From Octopus bimaculoides (taxonomy: Eukaryota): a stretch of DNA of 64,000 nucleotides. Each line of letters begins with the position of its first letter. The stretch's first letter is position 1. Of the stretch, positions 28,068-42,541 are shown piece after piece. Position numbers and translations under genes: made by a program. The DNA is taken from NCBI RefSeq assembly GCF_001194135.2, contig NC_068990.1, positions 45,894,474 to 45,958,473 of the forward strand, read 5' to 3'. Below the pieces are notes generated by a model. That model worked only from the letters and a program-made list of their open reading frames with translations, was not told the DNA's origin and searched no databases.

Positions 28068-28278
28068 TGTGTCTGGGGAGAGTCATTCTCTTTTACTGCC
28101 TTATAATTTAACACACTCATTTCCACTCATTTATTTTTCTAAAATTTTCATTGCGTCTTGCAACCTTTTCAATAGTTGTTGACTCTAGAGAGTCAACAAC
28201 TATTGAAAAGGTTGCAATTTTACTGGTGAGTGTGTTAAATTATAAGGCACTAAAAGAGAATGACTCTCCTCAGACACA
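28068..28278. repeat. Foldback element: 52-bp outer inverted arms (50/52 match) plus 29-bp perfect inner arms around a 2-nt spacer
   Basis: Outer arms at 28068-28119 and 28227-28278. Inner arms at 28158-28186 (ttgcaaccttttcaatagttgttgactct) and 28189-28217 (exact reverse complement). Confidence 0.9.
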
Positions 28279-29402
28279 AGAAAATTGCAGTGCAGGCAGA
28301 AATGGATTCACAGAACACTATTACATCAGAATATACCATTTGAGAATCACTACTCTAAAGCCTGGATGATCTGGAAAATGACTGAGCCAGTAAGATAAAC
28401 TACCAATGACAGGCAACCAATAAACTAAACTGAATTCTGTGATATAACTAATTAATTAATTATAAGGATTTAAATGATGTTCTCATAACATTGAGAACAA
28501 CAGATAAATCTCTGTCTTTTGCTGATGCCCCCCCCCCCCNNNNNNNNNNNNNNNNNNNNNNNNNNNNNNNNNNNNNNNNNNNNNNNNNNNNNNNNNNNNN
28601 NNNNNNNNNNNNNNNNNNNNNNNNNNNNNNNNNNNNNNNNNNNNNNNNNNNNNNNNNNNNNNNNNNNNNNNNNNNNNNNNNNNNNNNNNNNNNNNNNNNN
28701 NNNNNNNNNNNNNNNNNNNNNNNNNNNNNNNNNNNNNNNNNNNNNNNNNNNNNNNNNNNNNNNNNNNNNNNNNNNNNNNNNNNNNNNNNNNNNNNNNNNN
28801 NNNNNNNNNNNNNNNNNNNNNNNNNNNNNNNNNNNNNNNNNNNNNNNNNNNNNNNNNNNNNNNNNNNNNNNNNNNNNNNNNNNNNNNNNNNNNNNNNNNN
28901 NNNNNNNNNNNNNNNNNNNNNNNNNNNNNNNNNNNNNNNNNNNNNNNNNNNNNNNNNNNNNNNNNNNNNNNNNNNNNNNNNNNNNNNNNNNNNNNNNNNN
29001 NNNNNNNNNNNNNNNNNNNNNNNNNNNNNNNNNNNNNNNNNNNNNNNNNNNNNNNNNNNNNNNNNNNNNNNNNNNNNNNNNNNNNNNNNNNNNNNNNNNN
29101 NNNNNNNNNNNNNNNNNNNNNNNNNNNNNNNNNNNNNNNNNNNNNNNNNNNNNNNNNNNNNNNNNNNNNNNNNNNNNNNNNNNNNNNNNNNNNNNNNNNN
29201 NNNNNNNNNNNNNNNNNNNNNNNNNNNNNNNNNNNNNNNNNNNNNNNNNNNNNNNNNNNNNNNNNNNNNNNNNNNNNNNNNNNNNNNNNNNNNNNNNNNN
29301 NNNNNNNNNNNNNNNNNNNNNNNNNNNNNNNNNNNNNNNNNNNNNNNNNNNNNNNNNNNNNNNNNNNNNNNNNNNNNNNNNNNNNNNNNNNNNNNNNNNN
29401 NN

Positions 29403-29582
29403 ACAACCAATGGTGGTGTGTTTATGTCCCTGTAACTTAGTGATTCGGCAAAGAGACCAATAGAATAAGTACTAGGCTTCCAAAGAATAAGTCCTGGGCT
29501 CGATTTGCTCGACTAAAGGCGGTGCTCCAGCATGGCCGCAGTCAAATGACTGAAACAAGTAAAAGAGTAAAAAGAGTAAAGA
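29403..29582. mobile_element. SINE-like family B (gactaaaggcggtgctccagcatggccgcagtc, aaaagagt tail), young copy
   Basis: Recurrent motif. Other approximate copies: 3780-3925, 4310-4530, 18905-19130, 19690-19860, 23724-23935, 37150-37368, 37795-37900, 61560-61770. Confidence 0.7.
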
Positions 29583-32500
29583 GCAAGGACTTTTCTAGCA
29601 AAATTATACTGGACCTTGGCACATCATCAGTCAAATTTTCTGCTCACTAATAACACAATGTCCTGTTAATAATTTAATCCTGAAAAACATTGTAACTGAT
29701 TTAAATATTTTATTTCTAAAAAAAATCACGATATACTTAAAAAATCATCCAGTGCACCCTCAACATGTCTCCCCACCTTCTCCTGAGTTCACACTATCCC
29801 TCTTAAAGGGATGCTACCATCAAGATTAAGAATCCAGTTTGGAGTTTTTTACCCATTCCACTATTTCAACTCTACAATATATCTAACATGATACAAGCAC
29901 CCCACCTCTACATTACAGCTCTCTGAGGGGATGGCATTTTGTGCATAAAGTAATTGTAAAATATGACCAGTAATTTCAAAATATGGCCTATAATTTTGCT
30001 CTTATGCATAAATTTTAAGAATGTAAAAACTACACTTTCTTCTCAGCCAAAAGTTTGCTTCTCAGTGTTTTACCTAATATCAAAGTAGTTAACAATTGGA
30101 AAAACTATAATCACTACACATACATTGATGGATATTGCAATATTTAATCGTTTCTCTTTATGTTCTGAGTTCAAATCTGGCTCTATAACCAGTTGTTTAT
30201 TCTTGAATGAACTGAGATGTTAACTGCCTCAACAGACAAAAGATAGAGTAAATACTTAAGACAGATAGATTGCTTGAAAAGAGATTGTTATTTCAATACA
30301 TAGATAAATGCATTAAAAAAATATTTATTTTGTAGCTGATTTTATTAATTTTTCAAAGCAAGATATGAATCTGAACATAGTTTCTTGTACATTTATTTTA
30401 TTTCTTTTCCTGTTTAAAAGCTAGCATAAAAGATCTTTTTTTCTTCATAATTATATATAAATATTGATATATCCTGTGTAAATTCTCCCAAAAAATCTTC
30501 CTCTAAGATGTTCTTTCTGGCTATTTTAATCATTAAAAATATTTACTCAGCAATTGATTTTATTACTTTTTCTTTCAATGAAAAATATATTTCATGATAA
30601 ATCAAAATCCCTACACCAGTCCTGGAGCCTTTATTTTTCTTGTATAAAACAAACTTGAACCGAGCACAAAGATTTCTTTTCTGTGAAAATATACTGCACA
30701 AACTTTCCTGAAAACCTTATATCTCAATGACATTTTATCTGATAACTATTAAAAAAATATAGGTAATCTTTTGTTTTAAGTATCTAGCAATAATCACTTT
30801 AATTGGAGACTAAAAAACAACAATAATCACCCATTAGCTTGTAACCAAAAACAATAATAAAGGAAGCCAATAGACTTTTTTTTACTTTCACACCGAAAGC
30901 TTATTTAGAAATTGTTTATGTATTGAAGAAAAATGACTGAACCTTTCAGATGCTGCTTATAAGAATTGTAGAAGTTTCTAACATCATTAGATGTAATGAA
31001 TAATTCAGCGTTATGCTGTAATGAGTCATTGTGTTTGGAGTATAGCCAGACATGTTTAGATGGAAAAGCTTAGAGGTGTTACTGAAGCATTAGACAAGAT
31101 TCTTTCATCTCAGGATGTTGTATCTCATTGCCTTGCCTTTTATAATAACTTATCTATGGGTGGGTATCAAGTGGCTGAGAACAATCTGTTGTATGGAGCA
31201 GGTTGTGTCTGTACAGAGGAAAAAAGTAAACAATCATTTCAAAGTTCAGTTTCATTTCACTGCTGAGTTTCCAGCTAATATTGTTTTGATTTTCACTTTC
31301 CCAATACTTAAAACAAGAGATTAACTAAATATTTGAATTTGTACATAGTTCTACTATAAAAAAAAGTGAAAGTAAATTGTCCTAAAAATGAAAGTCAACT
31401 GCAATAGAAACTAGAAGTGACAACAGTGACTTTCCATAACTTCATGTAAACAATGTATAGAACCATACTTTTAATATAACATGAAAACCATACATATAAT
31501 TTATGTAAGATGAAAACATCAATATCAGTCATTGATGCATGAAATGAGATTCATGAATAGATTTTCATGATCTCTAAATTTGTTTTGCTGCACATATACA
31601 TGAAGATATGATATAAATATATCATCACTTGTACCATATTGTTGCCCAAGTTTCTTCTTGGCAAGCATCTATAGCCTTCTTTTAGTCTGTGTAAGGATGC
31701 TATCATTGTTTGGCTCAACAAAATTAAGTGTATGGTTGACAACTTAATGCATATAGAAATTGCTGACACCCACATAAGAAGCCAACCCATTAGATATCGA
31801 ATATGTTTCATGAAATTTTGGTATTTTACTGTCATCACTTCAGGTTTCTGTTGCTTTTTACTTTCACCTTTTTACAATCGTAAACTGCATGTTAACCTCG
31901 AGTTCCTTGTGCCTTTATTTTCTTTTATTTATTTTTCATGTATAAAACTAGCCCCGCAAAAAGTGTAAAGGGTTTTTTCTTTCTATCACTGAATATCGAT
32001 TTTAAGATATTCTTAATAAATTCTCCAAAAAATCTGATATCTCAATATTTTAATCTGGTTACTTTGACCTTTGTATATCTATTTTTCTGATGGTCAACAA
32101 CATTGCAGGATATAACCAATTATATGACTGGATATAATCTAATTTGAAATTGGTCGATTAAATCATAGATGTCTTTTATATCCTGCATATATTTATCATC
32201 ACTTCAACAATCATTTAATCAATATCAGAACAATTACTGCTAGGCATTAATAAAACTCATATATTGTCACCACCACACTAACTAATAACAATACTACAAC
32301 TATTTTTGCACTGCCACCACCACCACCACCACTGGCAACAAGAACAACGCTATAGCCATTATATTACTACCACTACTAAAAACAACAACAGCCAGCAAAT
32401 GAGCCTCTGTTGAATATCATTGCCAAATTTATACCATCTTAAATGAGGAAGGGCACACTAGATAAAATTCTTTCTTCTCTTGGTTTCATATCCATAGCCT

Positions 32501-32938
32501 TATACAGAAGCCCTACGTTAGAGTTGCCATATCTAAACAGTCAGAATCCAGGACAGCTCTACTGACAGTCACCACGAATCTCTGTGGCTTCACCTAACAC
32601 ACACTTTGGGTTTTGGCATAATATATGTATAATGAGGACACATGGCCTAGTGGTTAGGGTGTTGCACTCAGAAATGCGAGACGGTGGTTTCAATTCAAAG
32701 AACTGAAACCACGATCTCACACCGGGTGGTGTGTTGTGTTCATAAGAAAAACACTCCATCTCAAGTTGCTCAGCGATCACTCCAATAGCTGATGTGTGGT
32801 ACACCGTGCACCAGTTCAGGCAGTATCGGTTTGAGGGAGACGGTGAGCTAATGTACAGCCAATAATTTGTGCAGGTGGTCTGACAAAAGCTGAATGCTCA
32901 TACAATATTTTCGACAGGAGAGTCCATATACATACATA

Positions 32939-32986
<48 letters not shown>

Positions 32987-33262
32987 TATATATAATATAT
33001 ATATACACACATATATATTTTTATATACACACATACANNNNNNNNNNNNNNNNNNNNNNNNNNNNNNNNNNNNNNNNNNNNNNNNNNNNNNNNNNNNNNN
33101 NNNNNNNNNNNNTTTAACATCTGTTTTCCATGCTGGCATGGGTAAAAACAGCTTGAGGCTATAGTGCCACATAGTGGGACTGAACCCGGAACCATGTGAT
33201 TGGTAAGCAAGCTACTTATCATACAGCTACTCCTGTGCCTGTATGATATATATATATATATA

Positions 33263-33430
33263 CTACACTCTCTGAGTGGTTGGCGTTAGGAAGGGCATCC
33301 AGCTGTAGAAACTCTGCCAAATTAGATTGGAGCCTGGTGTTGCCATCCGGTTTCACCAGTCCTTAGTCAAATCGTCCAACCCATGCTAGCATGGAAAGCG
33401 GACGTTAAACGATGATGATGATGATGATGA
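33263..33430 (+). mobile_element. Second copy of the young (GAT)n-tailed element
   Basis: Differs from 79-228 at only 2 positions I can see (gactgg/gattgg, cctcag/ccttag). A 3' stub occurs at 42485-42515, and longer relatives at 21440-21920 (+) and 40095-40560 (-). Confidence 0.8.
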
Positions 33431-36400
33431 TATCTATATATATATAGAGAGAGAAAGATCAAATGGCTAAGGTCAGGTTGAGTATGAAGTTGGAGTATTT
33501 CCAGAAGCACTTGACCTGGATACTGGGCTATCAACACTGTTGGGATCCAAGCCAAAGCCAGAATACTTCAGATGTAGAAAATCCAAGTTTCATGATGATT
33601 ATACCATCAAATGTGTTTTGTGAAGAGTAAATAATCCAATGAAAAGAAGACAAAAAAATTTCATGAATACATCTTTAATTATAAGTTACAAATGCTTCTA
33701 TACCGCCTCCATTAGCAGTTTACGCAAAATACCAGTTTATGCAAAAATTCTGAATGAAATATCTCATAATATTTGTGGTTTTAGACATTGGAGAGGCACT
33801 TCATCAGATTTGCATCTCAGGCATGCTATTAGCTATTACATTGTGTGTCCTTCAGACATTGTTGTTAGGAAAATATTGGGAGGATATATACATATATATC
33901 ATCACCATTTAATGTCTGTTTTCCAGGAGCTACATCAAGCTCCACTGTCTCTTTTGGCTTGGTGCCCTTCCTAAAGCCAACTATTTTATAGTGCATACTA
34001 AGGGATTTTTGCATGGCACCAGCACCAGTGCTTTTTACATATGATAGTATCAATTTAACCTGTCATATGCTCTGCCAAAACATGTTTGTTGTGTGGTCGT
34101 ATCAGGTTGTATCTGTGTCATACATTATTGTTACTAAATGAATGATTCCTGTTGTTAACCATAGGACACCCCAAAACATTGGGAATAGTACAAGGACAAA
34201 AAAAGGGGGGTTGCTATTTGCATTGAGTAAAAAAATAAATAAAGTGAAATAAGAGCAAAATCAGCATTAACAAGAAGAAAAAGATCTTCATAAAAGAGTA
34301 GACAGCTTTATAGTTCCAGAAGGCCAATGTAGACAAGCATGGCTAAAGGAGCCTCCTCTAACTTTACTATGTGTGTACAAAGTCAAACATGAAGAACTAG
34401 AGAAAGTACCTGTGATTTAATGTTGATTAATTCCAGGTCAACTCTGATAAAACTATATTGTCTAATGTATCCTTCCTTTTCATTGATCTTTGGGACCCAG
34501 TATTTTAAGGTGTAAAATTCAATGAAAATTAAATGTTATTCATAACACTCAATAAGTGGAAACCATTTGTGCCGGCCTTAAGCAAGGAAATAAATAGTAC
34601 TGTGGCACAATATCATCCTTCTTGTTTTTTTTAACTTTATATAGTTTAAGGAAGATTTGGTTGCTATTTCTGGCTGATCGACAGACAACATATAGATTTT
34701 GTGTATGCTGTTCCCATGGGGACAAACAGTCAAGGGTTCTGGTATGTCAGGCAATGAATGGCTGCTGAGAGGATAAAAATTATAGAATTTTATGTGCCAG
34801 TAACTTTTTTTATTATAATTTCTAGAAAAATAAAAAGTGAATGCAATTTTTATCATCAGCATGTGAAACTATATCAGAACTATCATTTTTTGAAACTAAT
34901 TTGAAAATGGTGAAAATTTGAAAAACTTCAAGTGGATGGAAGAAATTTAAGAAAATCCCTTTCTTTTTATGATAGAGAGCAAGGTGTAATTTGAAGAAAT
35001 TAGGCTGCTAATTAATTAATTAGGCATGATTAATTAATTAGGCTACCTACAGAGTGAGTGACCACACATTGGATTCTTTGACTGTTTTGAGGGACCTACT
35101 GAAGAACTTGTCTTTGACATAACAGATGATTTCTAACACTGAATAAATGATAGATTTATTAAAAAATTATAATAATGATTTCATTTCCTCATTAAAAGAG
35201 CCATATTAGCTATTTATGAACACACAAAATCTTGCATTTTTGTCTCTCCTTAAATGGCAAAAATGATTCTTCTATGACATCATTACTATGAGTTTCAACA
35301 TACGGTCTTGGATCAAGTGACTTGCCAAACAAGTACAGCTCTGAAATAATTTCATTATTTCCATATACATATATACATATACATATATATAAATATATGT
35401 ATATATATATATATATATATATACATATNNNNNNNNNNNNNNNNNNNNNNNNNNNNNNNNNNNNNNNNNNNNNNNNNNNNNNNNNNNNNNNNNNNNNNNN
35501 NNNNNNNNNNNNNNNNNNNNNNNNNNNNNNNNNNNNNNNNNNNNNNNNNNNNNNNNNNNNNNNNNNNNNNNNNNNNNNNNNNNNNNNNNNNNNNNNNNNN
35601 NNNNNNNNNNNNNNNNNNNNNNNNNNNNNNNNNNNNNNNNNNNNNNNNNNNNNNNNNNNNNNNNNNNNNNNNNNNNNNNNNNNNNNNNNNNNNNNNNNNN
35701 NNNNNNNNNNNNNNNNNNNNNNNNNNNNNNNNNNNNNNNNNNNNNNNNNNNNNNNNNNNNNNNNNNNNNNNNNNNNNNNNNATATATATATATATATATA
35801 TATATACATACATATACACACACAAAATGATAATAATTCTCCCGAGTATTATGTGGTGACCTACTTCATAGCATCTGTGTTTACTCACGACATGCGATCT
35901 CGTCTGTAATGTAGATATTCACGACATGTGATCACATCTGTAAGGAATACTCTGTGTCATCTAGTTAAGAACTTGGCAAAAAATACACTTTCTACTCACT
36001 TCTTATTTATCTATTTTACACACACACACGAGTATATATATGAATACACAGAAACACACACACAAATATAGATATATATATACATATATACACATGTATA
36101 TATCAATATCTAAACACACACACACACATATATACTCACACACATGTAGTTTTTGTAACATTTAATTTAAAAGGGCTGCTCTAAAATAACCTTAAACCCT
36201 GCATGATCCTCTGCAGTTTACCAGTAACTGACATTGTATAACATTTTTATTTTTCTTTGCTTTCTCACATTTGTAGCAGACAGAAAGGAACATATTGATT
36301 AAATGACATTTCTTTCATAACCTTGCTTGTATTAAACCATCTGCAACTTCGAGGATTGGTTGTATTGGTGTTGTCAGTGATGGTAGTGATGTGGTGGTGT

Positions 36401-37369
36401 TGGTTCAGGGATCTGATGTAGTTGGTGGTTTGGTAGTGATGATGCTTTACGGTGAGTAATGAATTACTGAAATACTTGAGGTTACAGATGACTAGAGAAG
36501 GAAGAAAGTTTGTACTAGTGGTGGAGAGCCATAGGAGAAAAGTAAAAAAATGGAGCTTCCGGTTCAACTGACTTAAATTGTTTCTTTATAAAGGCTTGAA
36601 TCTTAGGAATTTTAGAGGGGACAGGAAATGGGGAGTTGAGATATACCACACCCATGCTCTCAAGTTTCCGTCATCTTCACCCCATTTCTACATAACTTAG
36701 TTTCAGCAAATGGGAGAACCACAGGGAACCACTATATGGTTGCTCAGTTTGCAAGAAATAACAGTCAGGATATATTGGATAATGTAATCCTAGATATGCA
36801 ATGCCAGATAAAAGGATGGCAGGGGAGGAAGTCAAAGCTGGAATATCTGTCATCATTGCAGTCAGGGATGAACTAGGGTTAAACAACAACAAAATTTACA
36901 GCAACAGCAGCAGCAGAGCTACATGTTGCAATTGTGACCTGGTTTCGATTCTTGGTCGATCAAGTTTACTTATACTATTGCTGCACTTCAGGGAGTGGTT
37001 AAGAAGTTCACTTTGCAACTCCATGCTTTCAGGTTCAGTCTCATTGTGCAGCATCTTGAGCAAGTGTTTACTACTATAACTCCAGGCTGCTTAATGCTTT
37101 GGTAGTTAATTTGGTAGATGGAAACTGTGTGGAAACCTGTTGTATACGTGCGTGTGTGTCTTTGTGTCTGTGTTTGTCCTCACCTCTTGAAAACAAGTAT
37201 CGGTTTGTTTACATCTGATAACTTCACATTCCAGTAAAAAAAGACCAATGGAATAAGTACTAGACTCAAAAAACAAGTACTAAGGTCGATTTGTTTGATT
37301 AAAGCCCTTCAAGGCAGTGCCCCAGCATGGCAGCAGTCCAATGATTGACACAAGTAATAAATAAAAGAT

Positions 37370-37792
37370 ATGGACATCACATTAGTGCCTCAAGACTGGA
37401 TTGATGCCATTTTAGTCTCCTTGTATAAATCGGGGCCAAAGGATCTGTGTGGTAATTTTTGTGGAATTTCGCTTTCGTCTGTGGTTGGAAAGGTACTTGC
37501 CCACATTTTGTTAGAATGTTTAAATACCTTTATAGTTCCAAATATAGTGTCTGAATCTCAGTGTGGTTTTCGTTCCTCCAGAGGCACAATTGATTGTATC
37601 TTTACTGTCAGGCATTTACAAGAAAAGTGCATTGAACAGAATCTTGCTCTATACCATTGCTTTGCTGGTTTGAGCAAAGCATTCGATACTATTAATCGAA
37701 ATGCTCTGTGACTAATACTAAGGTAAATAGGTTTCCCAGAAAAATTTGTAAACATGATCAGGGCTTTGCATCAAGATATGAAAGCTAGAGTT
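37370..37792 (+). mobile_element. RTE (BovB-like) LINE reverse-transcriptase fragment, degenerate
   Basis: PQDWIDAILVSLYK...CGNFCGISL...GKVLAHILL...ESQCGFRSSRGTIDCIFTVRHLQEKCIEQNLALY...SKAFDTINRNAL*...GFPEKFVNMIRALHQDMKARV, with in-frame stops. Flanked by SINE copies. Confidence 0.9.
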
Positions 37793-37903
37793 AAAGCTAG
37801 GCTCACAAAGAATAAATCCTTAGGTCGATTTGCTCGACTAAAGGCGCTGCTCCAGCATGGCCACAGTCAAATGACTGAAACAAGTAAAAGAGTAAAGAGT
37901 ACA

Positions 37904-37948
<45 letters not shown>

Positions 37949-40900
37949 TATATAATATATATACACATATATATTATATACATACTTACAAACACACATA
38001 CACACACACGACAGTGTTACTGTTATTATGATGATAACATTGGAAATTTAGCAGACATAGAAATAATTAAAATTTAACTTTCATCACATTACATGGTGCA
38101 TATACAAAATAATGAAATGAATACTAATTTTAAAAAGAAAACTATTTATTACTTTAAAATAAAATTAAGTATAACAAATTTTTCGCTTGTATAACCCTTG
38201 CCATAACTACTCTCTCTCTCCTTCACCCTCTCTTGTCTCCATGATTCTTTCTTTCTCAGTATGTGAGTATAGTGTTCCTTTACTTATTGCCTGTCACCAA
38301 GTTTACACTTAGAGGGTGCACTCATTCTGCACCCTTTAAGCTATATTTTACAGCGTACAAGTCAACATGGTATATGGAGTAAACATGTAGTGTAAACATC
38401 TAAACAGCATCACTCACTTTCCAATGGAAGTTTGGGTCTTCCAAAGTCATCTTGGTGAATAAGTTGACCAGCCTATTCTTGGCTGTAGATTATAATCATG
38501 GTCAGAAAAATTCAACTTGCATGCAGGAAAATAATTGTACCTTACTGGAGAAATCAACCAAATAATATTATATTGGCTATAACTATACATAGATACAAAT
38601 GCATGCATGTGTGCATAAACATACGCATATAGCAATAAAGTTGCAATATATACATGTTAGTACATGATATGTATTCAACTTTTGTTCAGTGGTTAGGTAA
38701 ATGAGTTGTAAAGGACACGTAAATTAATCTGGATGTTGACTGGTTATGAACACTTAAATGTTAACAATTCAAAGTGTAGTCGATGACCACAAATGTATAA
38801 CTGTTCAAGTCGATTATATAATAATAAAAAAAAATAAGGCAGAAAAAGAGGCAGAGATATAAATTACATGACAGCTTTGTGTCCGTCTGTCTCTCTGTTT
38901 GTCTGTCTGTCTTTATCTGTTTCTCTCTCTCTCTCTCTCTCTTTCACTCTCTCAAGTATATGAGATAGATTTTCATGGGCAAACAAACATATATAGATTA
39001 ACTAATAAAAGAATAGGAATAAATAAGAGAAAGAGAGAAAAAGAAAACTGCAAGAGAAAGAGGGAAACATGAAAAAGAATGGATAAAAGAAAAATATTGA
39101 AACAAAAACAGAAAAGGAGAAAAAAAATGGTAAAAAAAGAGAAAAAGAAATCCTATATTTTTTTAGTAATTTCTGGTCAGTTTTTACAATCAAGTTTCTA
39201 GTGTATTCAATACCAATATTTCCATCTAATTTACTATTCAAGCTGTAGGTTTAAAAACTAGTATTGTGAATGGACATTTCCATAGAAAGTTTTAGAAAAA
39301 ACACCAGATGGTTATTGAATACAAAAGCTGCTTTTCTATGTTTTTTTCTTTTTCTTTCACAGTTTGGAATAATAAATAATGAGTGATTCTATAGAGATTT
39401 GGTTATATTCAAGTAGAAATTTGAATGTAATTCAAAGAGATTCTACAAGTATTTTCAGAATTGCTGCCAGTTGAGTTGATTGTATCACAATCGACTCAAC
39501 CTATGAAGCTGAACAATTGGTTGAATAACATTCTATAAGCTGCCAGAAGTGCTATGTGGCTTGAAACATTTCTTTTTAAATGGTGGACTTCAAGTTCACA
39601 TAGTTGGAGATGTAAAGTAGCAGGGGTTATTTGTCTATGCCTAAGTTAGCACCTATCAAACAAATTCATAATAAAAAAATGCCAACTGTGACCATCCCAT
39701 CTTTGTAGGCATATTATAATTACATCAAATGATATGTTATCAAATGTGTTCTATCCTGATTTAAAATGCTATTAAAGTGTGATTTTCAAGGATATTTGGT
39801 TGCTATTTCTACTACAGCCAATAAACACGTACAAACTTTCTCATTGGCTTGTGATAGGAGTCTGGGATCTTTTCTGTTTGGCTGCCAACATCAATTTCTG
39901 TTCAAATTGATTTCATATTCAGTGTAATAATACGCTTTTATAGACTAATGAATGGCATGAAAATCATTTTTGCTATAAATCAATAAATAAAGAGTTACTG
40001 GCAATTAAAGTTTGAAAATTTTGGGTAATTTTAGCCAATCGTAAGCCACAGACATTCATGCCTGTTTTCATAGTAACAAGCAGAACATGAGAACTCCAAC
40101 CACTCTGAGAGTGTAGTGGGTGCTTTTACGTGACACCGGCATGCAGGCCAGTCAGGCGGTACTGGCAATGGCCACGCTCAAAATGGTGTATTTTATATGC
40201 CACCTGCACAGGAACCAGTCCAGCGGCACTGACAATGATCTTGCTCGAATGACTTTTCACGTGCCAGGAACACGAAGCTGCGGCACAAGTGCCAGGAAGG
40301 TGATGCTGGTAACGATCACGCTCGAACGGTGGTGCCATCACGATTTCGCTTTTGCTTGCCCTAACAAGTCTTCGCAAGAAGAGTTTAGTGTCCAATGGAG
40401 GAGACATTGGCATGAGGGTCAGTTGTCGAATTTAGTTCGATTTCAATTTCACTTGCCTCAACAGGTCTTAGCAAGCGGAGTTTAGTGTCCAATGGAGGAA
40501 AGGTACGCATAAGTGGGCTGGCTACATCCCTGGCAGAGGCCTTGGATTTTGGTCTCACTTGGCTTGCCGGCTCTTATATATATATATTATTGTAGGTGTC
40601 AACGTTCTTGTAATATTTGGTTAATAACTGAAGAGGGATTTGAGCATGCCCACATATATTACGTGTGTTTTCCAGATATTCCAATTGTCTTTCTGTGTCA
40701 GATTTTTATGATTATTATTATCATTATTATTAAGGTGGTGAGCTGGCAGAATCGTTAGCACGATGGGCAAAATGCTTAGCAGCATTTTGTATGTCTTTAC
40801 ATTCTGAGTTCAAATTTCGTTGAGGTCAACTTTGCCTTCTGTCCTTTTGTGGTTGATAAAATGAATATCAGTTGAGCTCTTAGGTTGATGTAATTGACTT

Positions 40901-42541
40901 ACCTCAAAATTTGAAATTATTATTATTTTATATGTATCTATACACATACAAGTTTCAGAATTTCTACAGCAGCCATAAAAAAATATAATTGTTTCCATGG
41001 AAATAATGTTGCTCAATTGTAAAAGGAATTCCTTAGAATTCCTACAAGTTTTCAATTTTGTATTATTTTATTTGGAGTATCAAGAATGATTACAAGTATT
41101 GGGGGTTAAAGTATCATATAATTTTATTTTCCTGTATTTAAGTAGTTCTCAAATGATTTGCTATGAAATCATTTTGTACCACCAATTTCTATTCTTTCTT
41201 TTTTAAAAATACATTAAAAAAAATACACACTTTTTAAGAGTATCACATATAAAAGGTTTAGAAGTACTTAATCTATTAAACCATAGATTTTTTCTTTCTT
41301 CTTTTCAAAGTATCAAGTAAGCTGAATTTGATTCGTTTAGGAAGAATCAGAGACTGCACAAAGCTGACAAAGTCTGGTAGCTAAATTAATGCTTCTAAAA
41401 GCCAGCTCTAAGTTAATAAACTATAACAGAATTAATTACTACAGTATCTAGAGCATAGCTTATAAATAAATGCATATCATATTAACTGTGTTTAAGTTGC
41501 ACTCCTATTTCAGTGTTCAGTGTCGGTAGAAAATTTTTTTCTCTTCATATTCAAACTTGATATCAGCTTTATCCCATGTATAAGTTGCACCCAAGTTCTT
41601 TTGATTAAAATCACATAAAAAACGTGTGCAACTTATACATGAATAAATACAGTATATATACAGTCATGTATGTATTTTGTTATTTAGCCCAAGGGTGGCT
41701 CTGATGGAACAGACTTAAGACTAAAGGCATTCCAATCATTACTGTCCTGTCTTTTTATTACACATTTAGATATCACACTTCTTTTTATTTATGTATATAG
41801 TTTCACTTTGAAGGCCTTTTTTCAGCAATGAGAGTTGTTATATAGCAATAACAGTCTTTTGCCGATTCCATCGTCCCCAAACTGCTGACGATAGTAATGG
41901 CAAAGCTATTTCTTTCTTTCCATTCTAAAGTGTGTGTGTATTTCAATCTGTTCTTGGACAGTTCCAACAGCATAGTTTCTAATTTTATCTGTCTGAGAAA
42001 AGGTTGTTAGCTCAGTCATTCTCTGAATCTAGAGAAAGGTGGGCAGTAAGTGGTTTGCCATGCCCCTTTTCTCAACACAAAGTAATCAATTCTGAGAAAA
42101 AGAGAAAAGTATTATTGATTGCTGTATCGGACCTATACTCAATTTATTAACATGAGAAAGATGAAAAAAGCAAAGTTAACATGGTGAGGATCTGAACTGA
42201 AAATGTTAGAGAGGCAGAACAAATACATTAAGAACATTTTATCTGTTAGTCTAACAATTCAGTCAATTCATCGCCTACACAAAGTCAAGTAAGCCTATTG
42301 AAAAGTAAAACTTGTGACTAAGTTTCCTTTACGTAATAGTACACAATTGATTGCTAAACAATATCTATTAGAGTACATTATGTGTGTATGTATGTATGTA
42401 TGCATATGTACATATCTATCTATCTTTTATAAACATATATATATGTGTATATACATATGTATAAATATATCATCATCATCATCAAGCGGACGTTAAACGA
42501 TGATGATTATGATGATATATATATATATATATATATATATA

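Noticed and set aside
35210-35341. Minus-strand protein-like frame ELYLFGKSLDPRPYVETHSNDVIEESFLPFKERQKCKILCVHK after a possible acceptor
   Set aside because: Not PLK-like, no donor before the stop, weak pyrimidine tract.
39471-39499. Short hairpin ttgagttgattgt-atc-acaatcgactcaa; similarly agcgtcga-atca-tcgacgct at 60183-60202
   Set aside because: Too short for a pre-miRNA and expected by chance or as repeat-internal palindromes.
40120-40485. GC-rich ORFs of 121 aa (+) and 95 aa (-)
   Set aside because: They lie within the dispersed repeat also present at 21440-21920; no protein motif.
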